Shown: piece by piece, positions 19,973-30,825 of the stretch
Position numbering within the stretch: position 1 is the first letter of the stretch
Layout: each line of letters opens with the position of its first letter
Source: an uncultured virus (IMG/VR IMGVR_UViG_3300028377_000002)
Lineage: Duplodnaviria; Heunggongvirae; Uroviricota; Caudoviricetes
IMG/VR virus record: IMGVR_UViG_3300028377_000002
Strand: one strand, 5' to 3'
Length of the DNA stretch: 64,000 bases
Program-made: the position numbers and the translations under genes
The notes under the pieces: generated by a model
Databases searched by the model: none
Seen by the model: the letters and a program-made list of their open reading frames with translations, nothing else
Told to the model about the DNA's origin: nothing

Positions 19973-20755
19973 ATGAAAAGATTTATAGTAGCAGAAAAAA
20001 GCGACACAATAACTAGATATTTTAACGAAGTTAACAAGTGTGACCTATTAAGTATTGAAGAAGAAAACGAACTAACCAATAGAATAGTTAATGGTGATAA
20101 AGAGGCGATAAATGAATTAGTTGAAGGTAACCTAAAATTTGCAATCAGCGTAGCTAAAGAGTATCAAGGCCTAGGTTTATCACTAAGTGATTTAATAAAT
20201 GATGGTAATATCGGATTAATTAAAGCGGCCAATAAATTTGACCCCACAAGAGGTTTTAGGTTTATATCATATGCAGTGTATTGGATTAGACAATCAATTA
20301 TGCAAAGCCTCAACGATAATTCTAGGGTTATAAGATTACCATCTAGTGTTATCAACAAAATAAGTCAGCTAGAGAAAGAAAATGAAGAGTATTTAGAATC
20401 AATACCAAAGAAATACCCAAGCTGTGTCTCTTTAAATAAGGAGATGGGTGAATATACTGGCTTCGCACTAGAAGATACTATATCAAGTGAAGAAGATTTA
20501 ACAGATACATTTAGTGATGAAAGTGATAGACTAAAAAAGGTATTAAATAAAACAATGGATTGTTTAACTAATAGAGAACGTGGTATTATAGAATGTTATT
20601 ATGGTCTTAATACAAAGGTTGAGCCGATGACTCTAGAAGCAATAGGTGATAGATACGACTTAACTAAAGAAAGAATAAGACAAATAAAAGAAAAAGCGAT
20701 AAGAAGATTAAGACATAATAATTTAGGACTTTACAAGTTAATTAAGAATTCATGA
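19973..20755 (+). CDS. Sigma-70 family RNA polymerase sigma factor
   Basis: NLKFAISVAK, DLINDGNIGLIKAANKFDPTRGFRFISYAVYWIRQ, TLEAIG..LTKERIRQI. Confidence 0.93.
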   Translation: MKRFIVAEKSDTITRYFNEVNKCDLLSIEEENELTNRIVNGDKEAINELVEGNLKFAISVAKEYQGLGLSLSDLINDGNIGLIKAANKFDPTRGFRFISYAVYWIRQSIMQSLNDNSRVIRLPSSVINKISQLEKENEEYLESIPKKYPSCVSLNKEMGEYTGFALEDTISSEEDLTDTFSDESDRLKKVLNKTMDCLTNRERGIIECYYGLNTKVEPMTLEAIGDRYDLTKERIRQIKEKAIRRLRHNNLGLYKLIKNS

Positions 20756-20774
20756 TATTTATAATAAAAAAGAT

Positions 20775-22079
20775 ATGAAGTTACATTTTGGGTATTTACT
20801 AGGTTTTTCAGCGCTGACGATTGCTGGATGTGCCGCAGTATTTTCTGTATACGGTATAGGTCAATTATTTTCTGGCGCTATGATTGCCGTAATTATAATG
20901 GCCTCTGCGTTAGAATTAGGTAAATTAGTTACAGCAAGTTACTTACAAAGATATTGGTATAAAATAAACCTTATGATGAAAATATATCTAATAATAGGCG
21001 TTGCGTTTCTAATGGCAATAACTTCTGGAGGTATTTATGGTTTCTTATCATCAGCTTATCAAGAAACATTTCAAAAACTAAAAATAGCTGAAAACGAAAT
21101 CTCATTTTTAAAACAAAAAGAAGACTTCTATGCTGACGATGTTGCTAGATATGACAAAGAATTAGATAGAATATCAGAAAGTATTAACAGCCTTTCTAAA
21201 GCTAAAGTAACATCAATTCAGGTTAGAGATAATAACACTGAGTCAGGTATAAGAAATACAATATCAACAGCTGAACTTAGATTAGCACAAGAAAGAATTG
21301 CTGTTGAGGGAGTGAATAGAAAAGAGATTGAGGTAAAGCGCAGTGTAGCTTCAGATTCATTACAGAAATACCAAATGGCTATACTCAATAAGGAAAATGA
21401 CACCGAAGTGTCAGGTGAGTTAGGTCCATTAAAATACATAGCTGAACTAACCGATACAGGGATGGATGAAGTTGTAAACTACTTTATTTTAGTTTTCATT
21501 ATTGTTTTTGACCCATTGGCTATAAGCTTAGTTATAGCAACAAACTGGGTATTTAAAGAGGAAGAAAATAAAAATAAGGAAGAAAAAAATAAAAAAGTAA
21601 AGAACGGTAGTAATGGTTTTTTTAAAAAGTTTTTCAAAGGTAAAAAAAAAGCCAAAACTGATTTAGATGGTAAAGTATCAGCTGAATCTTTAAGTGTTGA
21701 GGATTTAAAGGAAGCTACTAAAAAAACTCGTGAACAAGCTATAACACTAAGTGGTAAGAGCGATTATGTACCAAACAAAGTAATTAAAGATAAAAATCAT
21801 GTAAATGATTTAAGTAATTTAAACAAGGAAATAGAACCTTTAAAAGCTGAAAGTAAAACCAATCCTTATAGTGGTGAAACGAAAAAGATATCAAATTCAG
21901 CATCTGGTAATACTGAAAATGAGGGTGAAGAAAAAAAGAGTGATAAACCACAAGGTGTTAAAACTAAAATAAAACCTAAACAAGAACATAAGAGTAGGTT
22001 TAATGAAGATGAGATTAAAGAAATAAGACATAACGCAAGAAATAACACTACAAAAATACCTACTAACCGTGGATATTAA
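20775..22079 (+). CDS. Multi-pass membrane protein with coiled coil
   Basis: Three N-terminal hydrophobic helices, FIIVFDPLAISL helix, charged tail. Confidence 0.65.
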   Translation: MKLHFGYLLGFSALTIAGCAAVFSVYGIGQLFSGAMIAVIIMASALELGKLVTASYLQRYWYKINLMMKIYLIIGVAFLMAITSGGIYGFLSSAYQETFQKLKIAENEISFLKQKEDFYADDVARYDKELDRISESINSLSKAKVTSIQVRDNNTESGIRNTISTAELRLAQERIAVEGVNRKEIEVKRSVASDSLQKYQMAILNKENDTEVSGELGPLKYIAELTDTGMDEVVNYFILVFIIVFDPLAISLVIATNWVFKEEENKNKEEKNKKVKNGSNGFFKKFFKGKKKAKTDLDGKVSAESLSVEDLKEATKKTREQAITLSGKSDYVPNKVIKDKNHVNDLSNLNKEIEPLKAESKTNPYSGETKKISNSASGNTENEGEEKKSDKPQGVKTKIKPKQEHKSRFNEDEIKEIRHNARNNTTKIPTNRGY

Positions 22080-22692
22080 TAAAGACGAGTACAGGTTGAA
22101 TGAAAGCTCGTATATACCTGAAGAGTATGATAAGGATAAAATAGTAGTAGGCGGCACTTTAACAACTGACATGAACCATTTTAAAGCTTGGCGAAACAAG
22201 ATAAATGGGAAGTATAAGAAGACGGCTGCATACACAATACTATTAAATGGTAAAATATACGAACACTTTAATCCTAAGTATTACTCACATTTCTTAGGTA
22301 GTAAGGATTTGAACAAACAAGTAATACCAATAGTGTTAGAAAACCAAGGCTGGGTAGCCAAAGATTTCACGAGTGGCAGTTATTTTAATTGGAGTGGTGA
22401 AGTTTATAAAGGTGAGTCTAAACTATACCAGAAAAGTTGGAGAGGTAAGAATAGATGGACCCCTTATAGTAAAACTCAGATAAATGCGTTAGCTCAACTG
22501 TGTAACATATTAATTAATGAATTTGACATTGAAAGAAATGTTTCACCTAATAATATAAAAATAGGTGAGTTTAGTGAAAAGAAAGGTATTTATTATAGAG
22601 CTAACTTTTCTAAAACTGCAACAGACATTTCACCAGCATTTAATATTGAAGAGTTCAGTAAAAAAATAGAGAACTATGGAAAACATATATGA
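22069..22692 (+). CDS. Amidase_2-like fold, zinc ligands apparently lost
   Basis: AYTILLNGKIYE, NKQVIPIVLEN, YSKTQINALAQL, TDISP; His ligands replaced. Confidence 0.55.
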   Translation: MDINKDEYRLNESSYIPEEYDKDKIVVGGTLTTDMNHFKAWRNKINGKYKKTAAYTILLNGKIYEHFNPKYYSHFLGSKDLNKQVIPIVLENQGWVAKDFTSGSYFNWSGEVYKGESKLYQKSWRGKNRWTPYSKTQINALAQLCNILINEFDIERNVSPNNIKIGEFSEKKGIYYRANFSKTATDISPAFNIEEFSKKIENYGKHI

Positions 22693-23113
22693 AAATGAGA
22701 TAACTAAAAAAATGTTATCTATCACCAGAAATAATAATCTAATTAAAGAATCTACCGAAGAAGGATTATCTTCAAATGAGTTAAGTGAAGAGCACGCTAA
22801 TTTTAGAAACACAGTAACACCTAGAGTTGAATTTACTGGGTTTAAAGTATATCCAGAAACTAAGAATGTTGTGTTCTCTGGTAAGTTTGACGCCCTAGAT
22901 GGTTTAGAGTGGCAATTTACTTTAGAAGACTCTGACGGTCTATACCTTACTGGTAATAATGTTTCTTTTAGTGATGAAACAATTAATACAATTAAAAAAT
23001 TAAAAGGTTTCTATGATAACTGGGCTGAACAATGGTCCCAGAAACTGGCCACAGAATATTCAGTGGAAAGAGAAGGTGACGAAAACGAAGTACAACAAAG
23101 TGGCTTAGCCTAA
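22676..23113 (+). CDS. Hypothetical protein
   Basis: ORF only. Confidence 0.6.
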   Translation: MENIYENEITKKMLSITRNNNLIKESTEEGLSSNELSEEHANFRNTVTPRVEFTGFKVYPETKNVVFSGKFDALDGLEWQFTLEDSDGLYLTGNNVSFSDETINTIKKLKGFYDNWAEQWSQKLATEYSVEREGDENEVQQSGLA

Positions 23114-23125
23114 AAATAAAGAAAA

Positions 23126-23902
23126 ATGAAAAGTTTTATAAGTAAAGTATTAAATTCAAGGGTGGCAGTTACTGCTATCATATTTTTAATGATATTCGGT
23201 GTGGCATATTGGGGTTATAATAAATACCAATCAATCGAACAGGACTTAGAAATAGCAAAGCAAAATCAATTAGCGTTAAGAGACTCAGTAAGGGTTAGTA
23301 AAAACAAGATAGGTCAATTAGAGTACTCTAAACAAATACTAGTTGCTAAAAATGAGTCTGATGTTAAAAAATTGAACGATAGGTTAGCAGAAGTTAAAGG
23401 TAGGTTCACTGGTAAAATAAGTCAACTAACTGAAACGATAGCTAACATTAAATCAGATACCGTTTTTGTTGAGAAAACTAAGTTAGTGGAATTACCTGAT
23501 AACACTAAAGCGTTTGTTTGGGATTATGAAAGGGTATATGACGAACGAAACTATAGGTTTATATCAGGTGAAACTAGGTTTAAATTAGATACAACAACCA
23601 ATGCGATGACGGCTATTGGTACTAAAATAACTAGAGATATTATTAAGTTTAACATAATACAAGGTCTAAGAACAACTGAGGAGGGTAATGTTGAAATGTT
23701 TGCATCTTCTGATTACCCTAATTTTGAAGTCAAAGAATTAAATTCCGTATTAATCGACCCTTCAACTCACCCAGCACTTAAAAAATTCACTAAAAAGAGG
23801 AAATTAAGGTTTGGTTTCTACACTGGCGCTGGTGCAACCATAAATTTAAGTAACTATAATGTCATTTTTGGCCCCCAAATAGGCTTCGGTCTAACTTTTT
23901 GA
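23126..23902 (+). CDS. Membrane-anchored coiled-coil protein, possible spanin
   Basis: N-terminal TM, coiled coil, C-terminal beta-hairpin ending GFGLTF. Confidence 0.45.
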   Translation: MKSFISKVLNSRVAVTAIIFLMIFGVAYWGYNKYQSIEQDLEIAKQNQLALRDSVRVSKNKIGQLEYSKQILVAKNESDVKKLNDRLAEVKGRFTGKISQLTETIANIKSDTVFVEKTKLVELPDNTKAFVWDYERVYDERNYRFISGETRFKLDTTTNAMTAIGTKITRDIIKFNIIQGLRTTEEGNVEMFASSDYPNFEVKELNSVLIDPSTHPALKKFTKKRKLRFGFYTGAGATINLSNYNVIFGPQIGFGLTF

Positions 23903-24009
23903 CATAAATAAACACATTATTCACACTTAAAAGCCCTCAATGAGGGTTTTTATCATTATTCCCACTATTTATAACAAAACACATAAACGACTAGCGAAAA
24001 TTTAAATTC

Positions 24010-25224
24010 ATGAAAAGATTAAAATTAAATGAAAGGCAAATTCTAATGTTGAAAGACTTGGAAATTAAAAAACCTTCAAAAAAGATTATAAGAATAAATG
24101 AGGACCAATATAATAGGTTGTTCAGTAACAATAATAGTGGTAAAACTAATCTTAATGAAGGTGAGAATAAAGAAATTAATTTAACTGAATTTGCAGAAGA
24201 ATTAATTGTATTTATTAAGGATGTTTTATCATTACCAAAGCCAATTCCATTTTCTCCTTATTGGGAAGAGTTAGGCTTTACTAAGGGTAAGTTATTTAAC
24301 CTACTAAAAAAAGAAGGTTTGATTCAGTTAGCTGATGAAAAGTCAGGTATCAAAGAATACATGACGCCTAAAGCAGGTTTTAGAAGGAAAGTAAAGGAGG
24401 TGTACAAAAAGATTAAAGAAAAAAACGAAGCTCTGAATGAATTAGACGGTGGCTATCCAGCTGGCGCTGAAAACGACCCTACAGCACCATACAATCAATC
24501 AGATGACGAGGTAAGTAACGAACGTGAACCAATAAAGGCCGATAAAGAAATAATGAGTTTAGTGTATTATGGTGAAGATTCATTATGCATATTCAAACAC
24601 AAAGATAAATTATTCGCCTTATTAGGTGGTGCTTTTGATAACGAAGTAGTTGAACCTTATGAAGAAATACCTGGTAATCCAGAACCTGAAGCTTACACTA
24701 ATTTTGTTAACGACAAATTAATTAAAGGTGAAATGAAAGCTTATCAAGACCCTAAAGCTTTTGATAGGGGTGACTTAGCCCTGATAACCCCTGAAACAAA
24801 AGAAGAAATTTTAAATACTTATGGTAATGATGAGGAATTAGTATCATTACTAAATCAGCTACCAGAGTCCACAGGGGCCGCCTCAAGCGGAGCTTATGTA
24901 GGTGGCGCATCATTTAACGGTCCAATAAGAAAAGACACAGGAGATAGTCCAGAAGAGGCTCTTAAAGATTTATCAGAAGAGCAAGAAATCAATCCATGGG
25001 CAATATGTACAGCTTCAGTGGGTAGAGAAGATAAAGAAAAATATGAATCTTGCGTTAAAGACGTAAAGGAACAATACGGTATTGACGAAGACTTAGAAGA
25101 ATCAACAACAACAGTTAGTGTTGGTGGTGATAGTGGTACTTTTGCTTACGATGCACCAGTAGGTGATAATAGTAGTTTCTGGACTGCTGGCAATAAACAG
25201 AACAGAACTAAAAAGAGTAAGTAA
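24010..25224 (+). CDS. Putative late/head-packaged protein
   Basis: KLNERQ and RINEDQ motifs, acidic, TATTTATA upstream. Confidence 0.5.
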   Translation: MKRLKLNERQILMLKDLEIKKPSKKIIRINEDQYNRLFSNNNSGKTNLNEGENKEINLTEFAEELIVFIKDVLSLPKPIPFSPYWEELGFTKGKLFNLLKKEGLIQLADEKSGIKEYMTPKAGFRRKVKEVYKKIKEKNEALNELDGGYPAGAENDPTAPYNQSDDEVSNEREPIKADKEIMSLVYYGEDSLCIFKHKDKLFALLGGAFDNEVVEPYEEIPGNPEPEAYTNFVNDKLIKGEMKAYQDPKAFDRGDLALITPETKEEILNTYGNDEELVSLLNQLPESTGAASSGAYVGGASFNGPIRKDTGDSPEEALKDLSEEQEINPWAICTASVGREDKEKYESCVKDVKEQYGIDEDLEESTTTVSVGGDSGTFAYDAPVGDNSSFWTAGNKQNRTKKSK

Positions 25225-25835
25225 TGAATATCATTAGAAGAAACATAGGTAGTAAGAACCAAATAAAAAATGGTCAAGTATATAAAAATGGACTACTTAG
25301 AAGAAAGGTTCGTTCAGATATGAAATACTTAGAGTTTACTGATGGTAAAACTGGTAAAAAGGTTAAAAAACCTTATTATGCTGTAACTGACTGGGGGCCT
25401 AATGTTAAAGATGAACTTAAGAAAGTTTTTTTAGATGACTGGGGCGACTGGAAATTAATTGCTGAACATAAAGTGTTAAAAATAACCGAGAGTCAGCTAA
25501 AGAAAATAATGGAATCTGAAAACACTGAGAAGACTGCCTACCCTAACGGTGAAATGGTAGACTTTGATGATTGCACTAAGTTAAATAATAATAAAGTAGC
25601 TCAAGATGGTGGCTGTAGTCAAGGAGCTATTGACAACGTCGTTAAAACTACAAAGACAAAAGGTTCTGTAGTATCAGAAGATTTCAGCCCTAATGTTGGT
25701 GCTGGTTCAGTATATGCAGTGGAAGTTAAAGATAACGGCAATAAAATTATTTTAACACAAGATAACGGACAGACTGTGGTAGTTCATAAAGATGACGTTG
25801 CAGATTTATCAAGATTGTTAAACTCTATACAATAA
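25224..25835 (+). CDS. Hypothetical late protein
   Basis: KITESQLKKIME motif. Confidence 0.55.
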   Translation: MNIIRRNIGSKNQIKNGQVYKNGLLRRKVRSDMKYLEFTDGKTGKKVKKPYYAVTDWGPNVKDELKKVFLDDWGDWKLIAEHKVLKITESQLKKIMESENTEKTAYPNGEMVDFDDCTKLNNNKVAQDGGCSQGAIDNVVKTTKTKGSVVSEDFSPNVGAGSVYAVEVKDNGNKIILTQDNGQTVVVHKDDVADLSRLLNSIQ

Positions 25836-25863
25836 ATAACATATTTATATATAAACCAATAAA

Positions 25864-26838
25864 ATGAAAAAAATAGTAAAAAAAGAACTAGATAAATTAA
25901 TCTCTGAAGCGTCAATTTCAGGTGAAAAAGTTACTAAAAAAGCACAAAATACCAGTAAAGGTCAAAACAATTCATATTATAAGGACACTGAGAAAAAGAT
26001 GGGTGATTATGATAAGAATTTGAAGCAAGACGACGAAGATTCAATCGACGCTAAAAAATACAATACCAATGACGATGAGAAGGAGTATCATGAAGATATG
26101 GAAATCATGAACGGTCAAGAAATGGTTGAGTTTGATAGAGAGCCTAATGAAACTTATAAAGAAAGAGCTAAAGAAGCTATCGAAGGTAGTACAAAGATGG
26201 GTAATAAAACATATACTGGTGACGAAAACGGTAATACTGAACCTGTATGGGGTGCGTCAGACGCTGAGTTTGGTAAAAAATTAGTTGATAGAGCTAACGC
26301 TTCATCAGATAAGAGACATAAAGCCACAACACCAACGACTTCAATGGGTGATGATATCGAAATTGATACGAGAAAGGGTGAAAGAGTAAAACCTAAGAAA
26401 ATAGCAACAGAAGGCATGAAAAGAATTAAATTTAAAACACCTTTTAATGGTGTGGGTAATGCTTTAAAATTAATACCAGAATCATTTAGGGTAGACGAAA
26501 AGAGATTTGAGTTAACTGATGGTAATGAAAGTTATGAAATCAAATGGGTCGGTTCAATGAATGAGGGTAAAGCTGTAGTACTTAAAGCTAATTCAAAAGA
26601 TTTAATGAATGAAGATTTCTCAAAAATAAAACACTTAATGGGTTACAATTCTAAAACTACTCTAGGTAACCTAGATGGTAAAGAAAGAATGAACGAAAAC
26701 AACACATTAAAAGCTGGTATGGGCTACGGATTCAAAAATGAGGAAGACGATAAAGAATGTAAATGCGATAACTGTGATTGTGTTATGACAGAAGAAGAAT
26801 ATGCAAAATCACATTTATGTGAAGTATGCTCAGCATAA
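25864..26838 (+). CDS. Hypothetical late protein
   Basis: C-terminal domain paralogous to 26863-27237. Confidence 0.6.
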   Translation: MKKIVKKELDKLISEASISGEKVTKKAQNTSKGQNNSYYKDTEKKMGDYDKNLKQDDEDSIDAKKYNTNDDEKEYHEDMEIMNGQEMVEFDREPNETYKERAKEAIEGSTKMGNKTYTGDENGNTEPVWGASDAEFGKKLVDRANASSDKRHKATTPTTSMGDDIEIDTRKGERVKPKKIATEGMKRIKFKTPFNGVGNALKLIPESFRVDEKRFELTDGNESYEIKWVGSMNEGKAVVLKANSKDLMNEDFSKIKHLMGYNSKTTLGNLDGKERMNENNTLKAGMGYGFKNEEDDKECKCDNCDCVMTEEEYAKSHLCEVCSA

Positions 26839-26862
26839 TAAGACTAAATTAAAAACAATTAA

Positions 26863-27237
26863 ATGGAATCAAATAGTAAAAAAACTGCAACAAAAAGGGT
26901 TAACTTCAAAAAAGAATTTAAAAGCATTGATGAAGCTCTAACTAGAATACCTGAAGTTCTTAAAGAGGATAATAAAGTATTCGAATTAAACGACGGTAAT
27001 AAGACAATTAAAGTTAGATGGGAAGGGTCACTACAAGAAGGTGAAGCTATACCTCTGAGTGAATCGGATAATAAATTAATCAGCGAAGACATGTCCAAGA
27101 TGAAAAAACTAATGGGCTATAAATCTGAAGACACGATAGGAACTCCTACGGCTAAAAACAGAGTTGACGAAACAACTCAATTTAAGAGTTTATTGAGTAA
27201 CGTTAAGAGCGCTGGAAAAGAAAACGAAAAAGAATAA
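26863..27237 (+). CDS. Hypothetical protein, paralog of upstream C-terminal domain
   Basis: AL..IPE....D.K.FEL.DGN....W.GS..EG.A...ED.SK.K.LMGY shared. Confidence 0.65.
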   Translation: MESNSKKTATKRVNFKKEFKSIDEALTRIPEVLKEDNKVFELNDGNKTIKVRWEGSLQEGEAIPLSESDNKLISEDMSKMKKLMGYKSEDTIGTPTAKNRVDETTQFKSLLSNVKSAGKENEKE

Positions 27238-27315
27238 TTCAAACAAATGTACCTAACAAACCTACTTTAACGAGTAGGTTTTTTTGTTTTAGTTTATATT
27301 TATAATAAAAGAGCT

Positions 27316-27921
27316 ATGGATTTCAAAAAACCTTACATTAATAATTTTATAAAAAACAAAGTAATAAGAAAGATGTTGAATTCAGAGCCACGTTCATATA
27401 AAAAAGAAGAAAAGTCAGAACCAAAAGCAAACAAAATGGAAATATCAAAATACGTTAATTATAAAGAAGTAATAAAAAGTAGAACGGCCGTAATAAACGA
27501 TATCGATAATACACCTAATGAAGAACAATTAGAACGTATTAGAGTTTTATGTAGGAATCTATTTGACCCATTAAGAGTTTGGGCAGGTGGTCCTATCATT
27601 GTAACGTCTTTATTTAGAAGTGAAGAACTTAATGATGAATTAGGTGGGAGTTCAACTTCACAACACATGGCTAACGATGGTGCTGCTATAGACATAGATG
27701 ATACATACGAACATAAAACTAACGCTGAGATGTTTCATTATATTAAAGATAATTTAGAATTTGACCAATTGATAGCTGAGTTTCCTAAAGATGGGGAACC
27801 ACAATGGATACACGCATCTTACAGAGAAGGTAATAACCGAGGTAACGTATTTATAGCAACAAAGATTAACGTAGAAACAACTTACCTTCACTATAATGGA
27901 AATGAAAACTTGGTTGATTAA
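27316..27921 (+). CDS. Peptidase M15 family (endolysin-like)
   Basis: SLFRSEELN..GGSSTSQH..GAAIDI..WIHAS. Confidence 0.8.
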   Translation: MDFKKPYINNFIKNKVIRKMLNSEPRSYKKEEKSEPKANKMEISKYVNYKEVIKSRTAVINDIDNTPNEEQLERIRVLCRNLFDPLRVWAGGPIIVTSLFRSEELNDELGGSSTSQHMANDGAAIDIDDTYEHKTNAEMFHYIKDNLEFDQLIAEFPKDGEPQWIHASYREGNNRGNVFIATKINVETTYLHYNGNENLVD

Positions 27922-28381
27922 TATGATAGACAAGATAGATAAAATATTAAGCAAAATGCCTAAACCTCTGTCTAAGATTGAGACAGAGCTAATTTACAAT
28001 AGTAATAATATTGTTTACGAAAGAAGTGACCTATATCTAGATTTCATACTAACTTTAGATGACTTGATTGAAACAACTTACTTAGGTCATGATATGATGG
28101 GTGACAAGGATAGAATAAATCACTACAACTGGTGTTATAATAAAACCTGCTCATTAGTAAACACTGAAAACATACAATTTGAAGATAATGATGTTGTATA
28201 TGTTTATTTACTTGATAATTACTTAGAATCGTTTTATGATGACAATAACAGTGTGGTAATCCATATGAAGAAACTATGGGAATACATTTTTAATTATAAC
28301 GTCAATAAATCTACTATGGAAATAAACACATACATAGACCTTTACAAATCTTTCGAAACATCTTTCCAAGAAAATATATGA
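27896..28381 (+). CDS. Hypothetical protein
   Basis: ORF only. Confidence 0.55.
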   Translation: MEMKTWLINMIDKIDKILSKMPKPLSKIETELIYNSNNIVYERSDLYLDFILTLDDLIETTYLGHDMMGDKDRINHYNWCYNKTCSLVNTENIQFEDNDVVYVYLLDNYLESFYDDNNSVVIHMKKLWEYIFNYNVNKSTMEINTYIDLYKSFETSFQENI

Positions 28382-28442
28382 TTTTACTCTAAAAAAACCA
28401 CTTTTCTATTTATTTATTAAATAATTTCATTATATTAGTATT

Positions 28443-28679
28443 ATGAGATTAAAAAATATTGTGTTAATGGACCTTATGAAAGAACGACTAGTTGTCTACG
28501 AAGAACTAGAGCGTGCCATGAATAAGAAGTGTCCAATAGACGAATCAGTTAATAAAATTAAAAACCATTTACAAGACATTGCCAGACTAAATGGCATGAT
28601 TAACGAATGGCATGCGATTACTGAATCTGAAGCTAGTAATGAAGGTTCAGGTATGAATAAAAAAACAGAAAATGAATAA
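28443..28679 (+). CDS. Hypothetical protein
   Basis: ORF only. Confidence 0.5.
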   Translation: MRLKNIVLMDLMKERLVVYEELERAMNKKCPIDESVNKIKNHLQDIARLNGMINEWHAITESEASNEGSGMNKKTENE

Positions 28680-28698
28680 AAAAACAGAAAATGAATAA
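28653..28698 (+). repeat. 19-bp tandem duplication spanning a translation start
   Basis: ATGAATAAAAAAACAGAAA x2 plus ATGAATAA. Confidence 0.85.
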
Positions 28699-28870
28699 TT
28701 TAGATAATTTAAAGAGATTAATTGAGGAACTAGAGGTTGATGCTGAAAAGTTTTACAATAAACAAAATAGAACGGCCTCGGTTAGGGCTAGAAAAATACT
28801 CCAAGAAATAAAATCAGAAGCTCAAAACATGAGAATGGATATTTCTAGAAAAAGAAATGAAAACGAGTAG
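28691..28870 (+). CDS. Histone H1-like (Hc1-type) small DNA-binding protein, 59 aa, not in ORF track
   Basis: DAEKFYNKQNRTASVRARKILQEIKSEAQNMRMDI resembles the Bacteroidota Hc1 family. Confidence 0.7.
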   Translation: MNNLDNLKRLIEELEVDAEKFYNKQNRTASVRARKILQEIKSEAQNMRMDISRKRNENE

Positions 28871-28875
28871 ATTAT

Positions 28876-29070
28876 ATGGAAGAGTTAGTAAATAAAATTT
28901 TGGTTGTAGTGTTAGTGTTATCTATCTTAAATGTACTTAAACACATTTTCTTTGCGGTACCATACTTAAAAACTAACACTAGATATAAAATCAATAACAA
29001 AGAAATGTTTTTATTAGGATTGTCAATATCTTATATAATAACTTGCATTTTAAACGGAATAAGCATATAA
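28876..29070 (+). CDS. Small two-TM membrane protein
   Basis: Two hydrophobic segments. Confidence 0.55.
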   Translation: MEELVNKILVVVLVLSILNVLKHIFFAVPYLKTNTRYKINNKEMFLLGLSISYIITCILNGISI

Positions 29071-29071
29071 T

Positions 29072-29758
29072 ATGTCAAATATAAACAAAAGAATAAAAGA
29101 GCTTACACCTTATGTACTAGGTATCAGATTTAAGGACACTCTTAGCGTAGTTGATACCAATTTTAAGGAAGGGTGGGAGTTACCACCTTCAAATGATATT
29201 GGTTATGAGACAATGGCTAGTAAACCTAACTATTATATGTTATACCCTAATAATGAAGACATAGGTGTTGATGAAATGTTAGATTATGTAGGTTACGTCA
29301 TTAAAGTGAATGTAGAAAGAGAAATGAAAATCGAACTATTACAAGTCAAAATAAGAGAGCTTAAAGAAATATTTGGTAATTATTCTTTAGAAACTTGCAA
29401 AACACTAAAGTTCAATTTTTCTGATACGTTAAATGATACTTCAGACGATGAGGATTACAACATACCAATCATGTCAAATAAGGAAGGGGAGGATAAGAAG
29501 GAAAAAGAAATAACCAGTGAAATTAACGAGAGTAGTGGTATCGAAGAGGTAAATCCCAGTAAAACGAAACAAGACGATAAGTCAGACGAGGACGTTAGGA
29601 GGTTTAATCAAACGGCTAAAGTCGGTAATGAAACATTTGACTTACCACCTAAAAAGGGTGATAAAATAATGGTAGAAGATTTTGAAGAGCCTCAGGTAGT
29701 GTGTAAGTGCGACCCGAACGACCCAAATGATGTTTGCCCAGTTTGTATAGAATATTAA
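29072..29758 (+). CDS. Hypothetical protein
   Basis: C-terminal CKC..CPVC. Confidence 0.6.
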   Translation: MSNINKRIKELTPYVLGIRFKDTLSVVDTNFKEGWELPPSNDIGYETMASKPNYYMLYPNNEDIGVDEMLDYVGYVIKVNVEREMKIELLQVKIRELKEIFGNYSLETCKTLKFNFSDTLNDTSDDEDYNIPIMSNKEGEDKKEKEITSEINESSGIEEVNPSKTKQDDKSDEDVRRFNQTAKVGNETFDLPPKKGDKIMVEDFEEPQVVCKCDPNDPNDVCPVCIEY

Positions 29759-29759
29759 T

Positions 29760-30068
29760 ATGGAAGTGGTAGTGTTTTTCTTAATAGTTTATGGAATTGC
29801 GAATATAATGATATTCTCAACCATATTTTCTAGATGGAGAAGTTTCTGGGAAAGGGTGTCACCAAACTTTTTTGGTGTGTTATTCAATTGCATGATATGT
29901 TTACCTTTCTGGATAGGTATATTTTTATCGATAACAGTGTTTTCAGTAACACATAATAATTTTGAAGAGGTACCTATATACTTCGCTTGGTTCCTAGATG
30001 GCTGTTTAGCGTCTGGTGGTGTTTGGTTAATACATAGCGTACAAGAAAGATTAGAAAAAGATGGGTAA
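29760..30068 (+). CDS. DUF1360-like membrane protein
   Basis: LFNCMICLPFWIG motif within TM helices. Confidence 0.55.
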   Translation: MEVVVFFLIVYGIANIMIFSTIFSRWRSFWERVSPNFFGVLFNCMICLPFWIGIFLSITVFSVTHNNFEEVPIYFAWFLDGCLASGGVWLIHSVQERLEKDG

Positions 30069-30742
30069 GGATTCAGAAATTGAAAAGGAGATAAAACATA
30101 TTCAGAAAGATAAAAAAGTCACTGAAATAGTTAAGAATAGGTTTATTGAAGAGATGAAGAATGGATTAGGTGATGAAATAAAAAGTAGTTTAGAAGTTGG
30201 TAAACCTAAAAAAGATAATACCTTTATTAGATTTTTTAAAAACATTTTCAAATGATAAACTATGACAATCTAATGGAGACGTTAAGTGAAATATATAATA
30301 ACGATAAAATATATAAAAAGGGTTTGACAATGGTTTATTCATTGGAACCAAAATTACACCGAACTTTAAGTGAGCATTTCTTTTATAAAATAAACGGAAA
30401 TAGAGATGCTGCTGACTACGAATATACAGAAGAATTTGAAGTAGAGATTGCTGATATTCTAATTAAATTCGTGATAAGTGAATAATAACAATAATAATAA
30501 AATTAAAAAAAATGGAAACAAAAAAAGACGAAGTAAAAACAAAACAAGTGAAGTCTAAAGAATTAGATGTTTTAAGTGAACAAGAAAGAGAGTTCATCGA
30601 ATCTCAAAGAAGAGAAAGTAAGAGGTTGGAAGAGTTCAGAACTAAGTACGAAGCTCTTGTAAAAGAGACTGGTTTTGCTTGGGCCGTAGATGGTAGTTCT
30701 ACACTTAACGCACCTAAACTAGGTATTGCTAAGGTAAACTAA
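30061..30742 (+). CDS. Three small hypothetical ORFs (30061-30255, 30252-30485, 30512-30742)
   Basis: Closely packed ORFs followed by hairpin terminator AAAAACCGCAA-CA-TTGCGGTTTTT. Confidence 0.5.
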
Positions 30743-30825
30743 AATCAAATAAAAACCGCAACATTGCGGTTTTTTTATTTACAAATATTTTATTTATTGT
30801 ATATTTGTAGTATAAAATTTATAAG

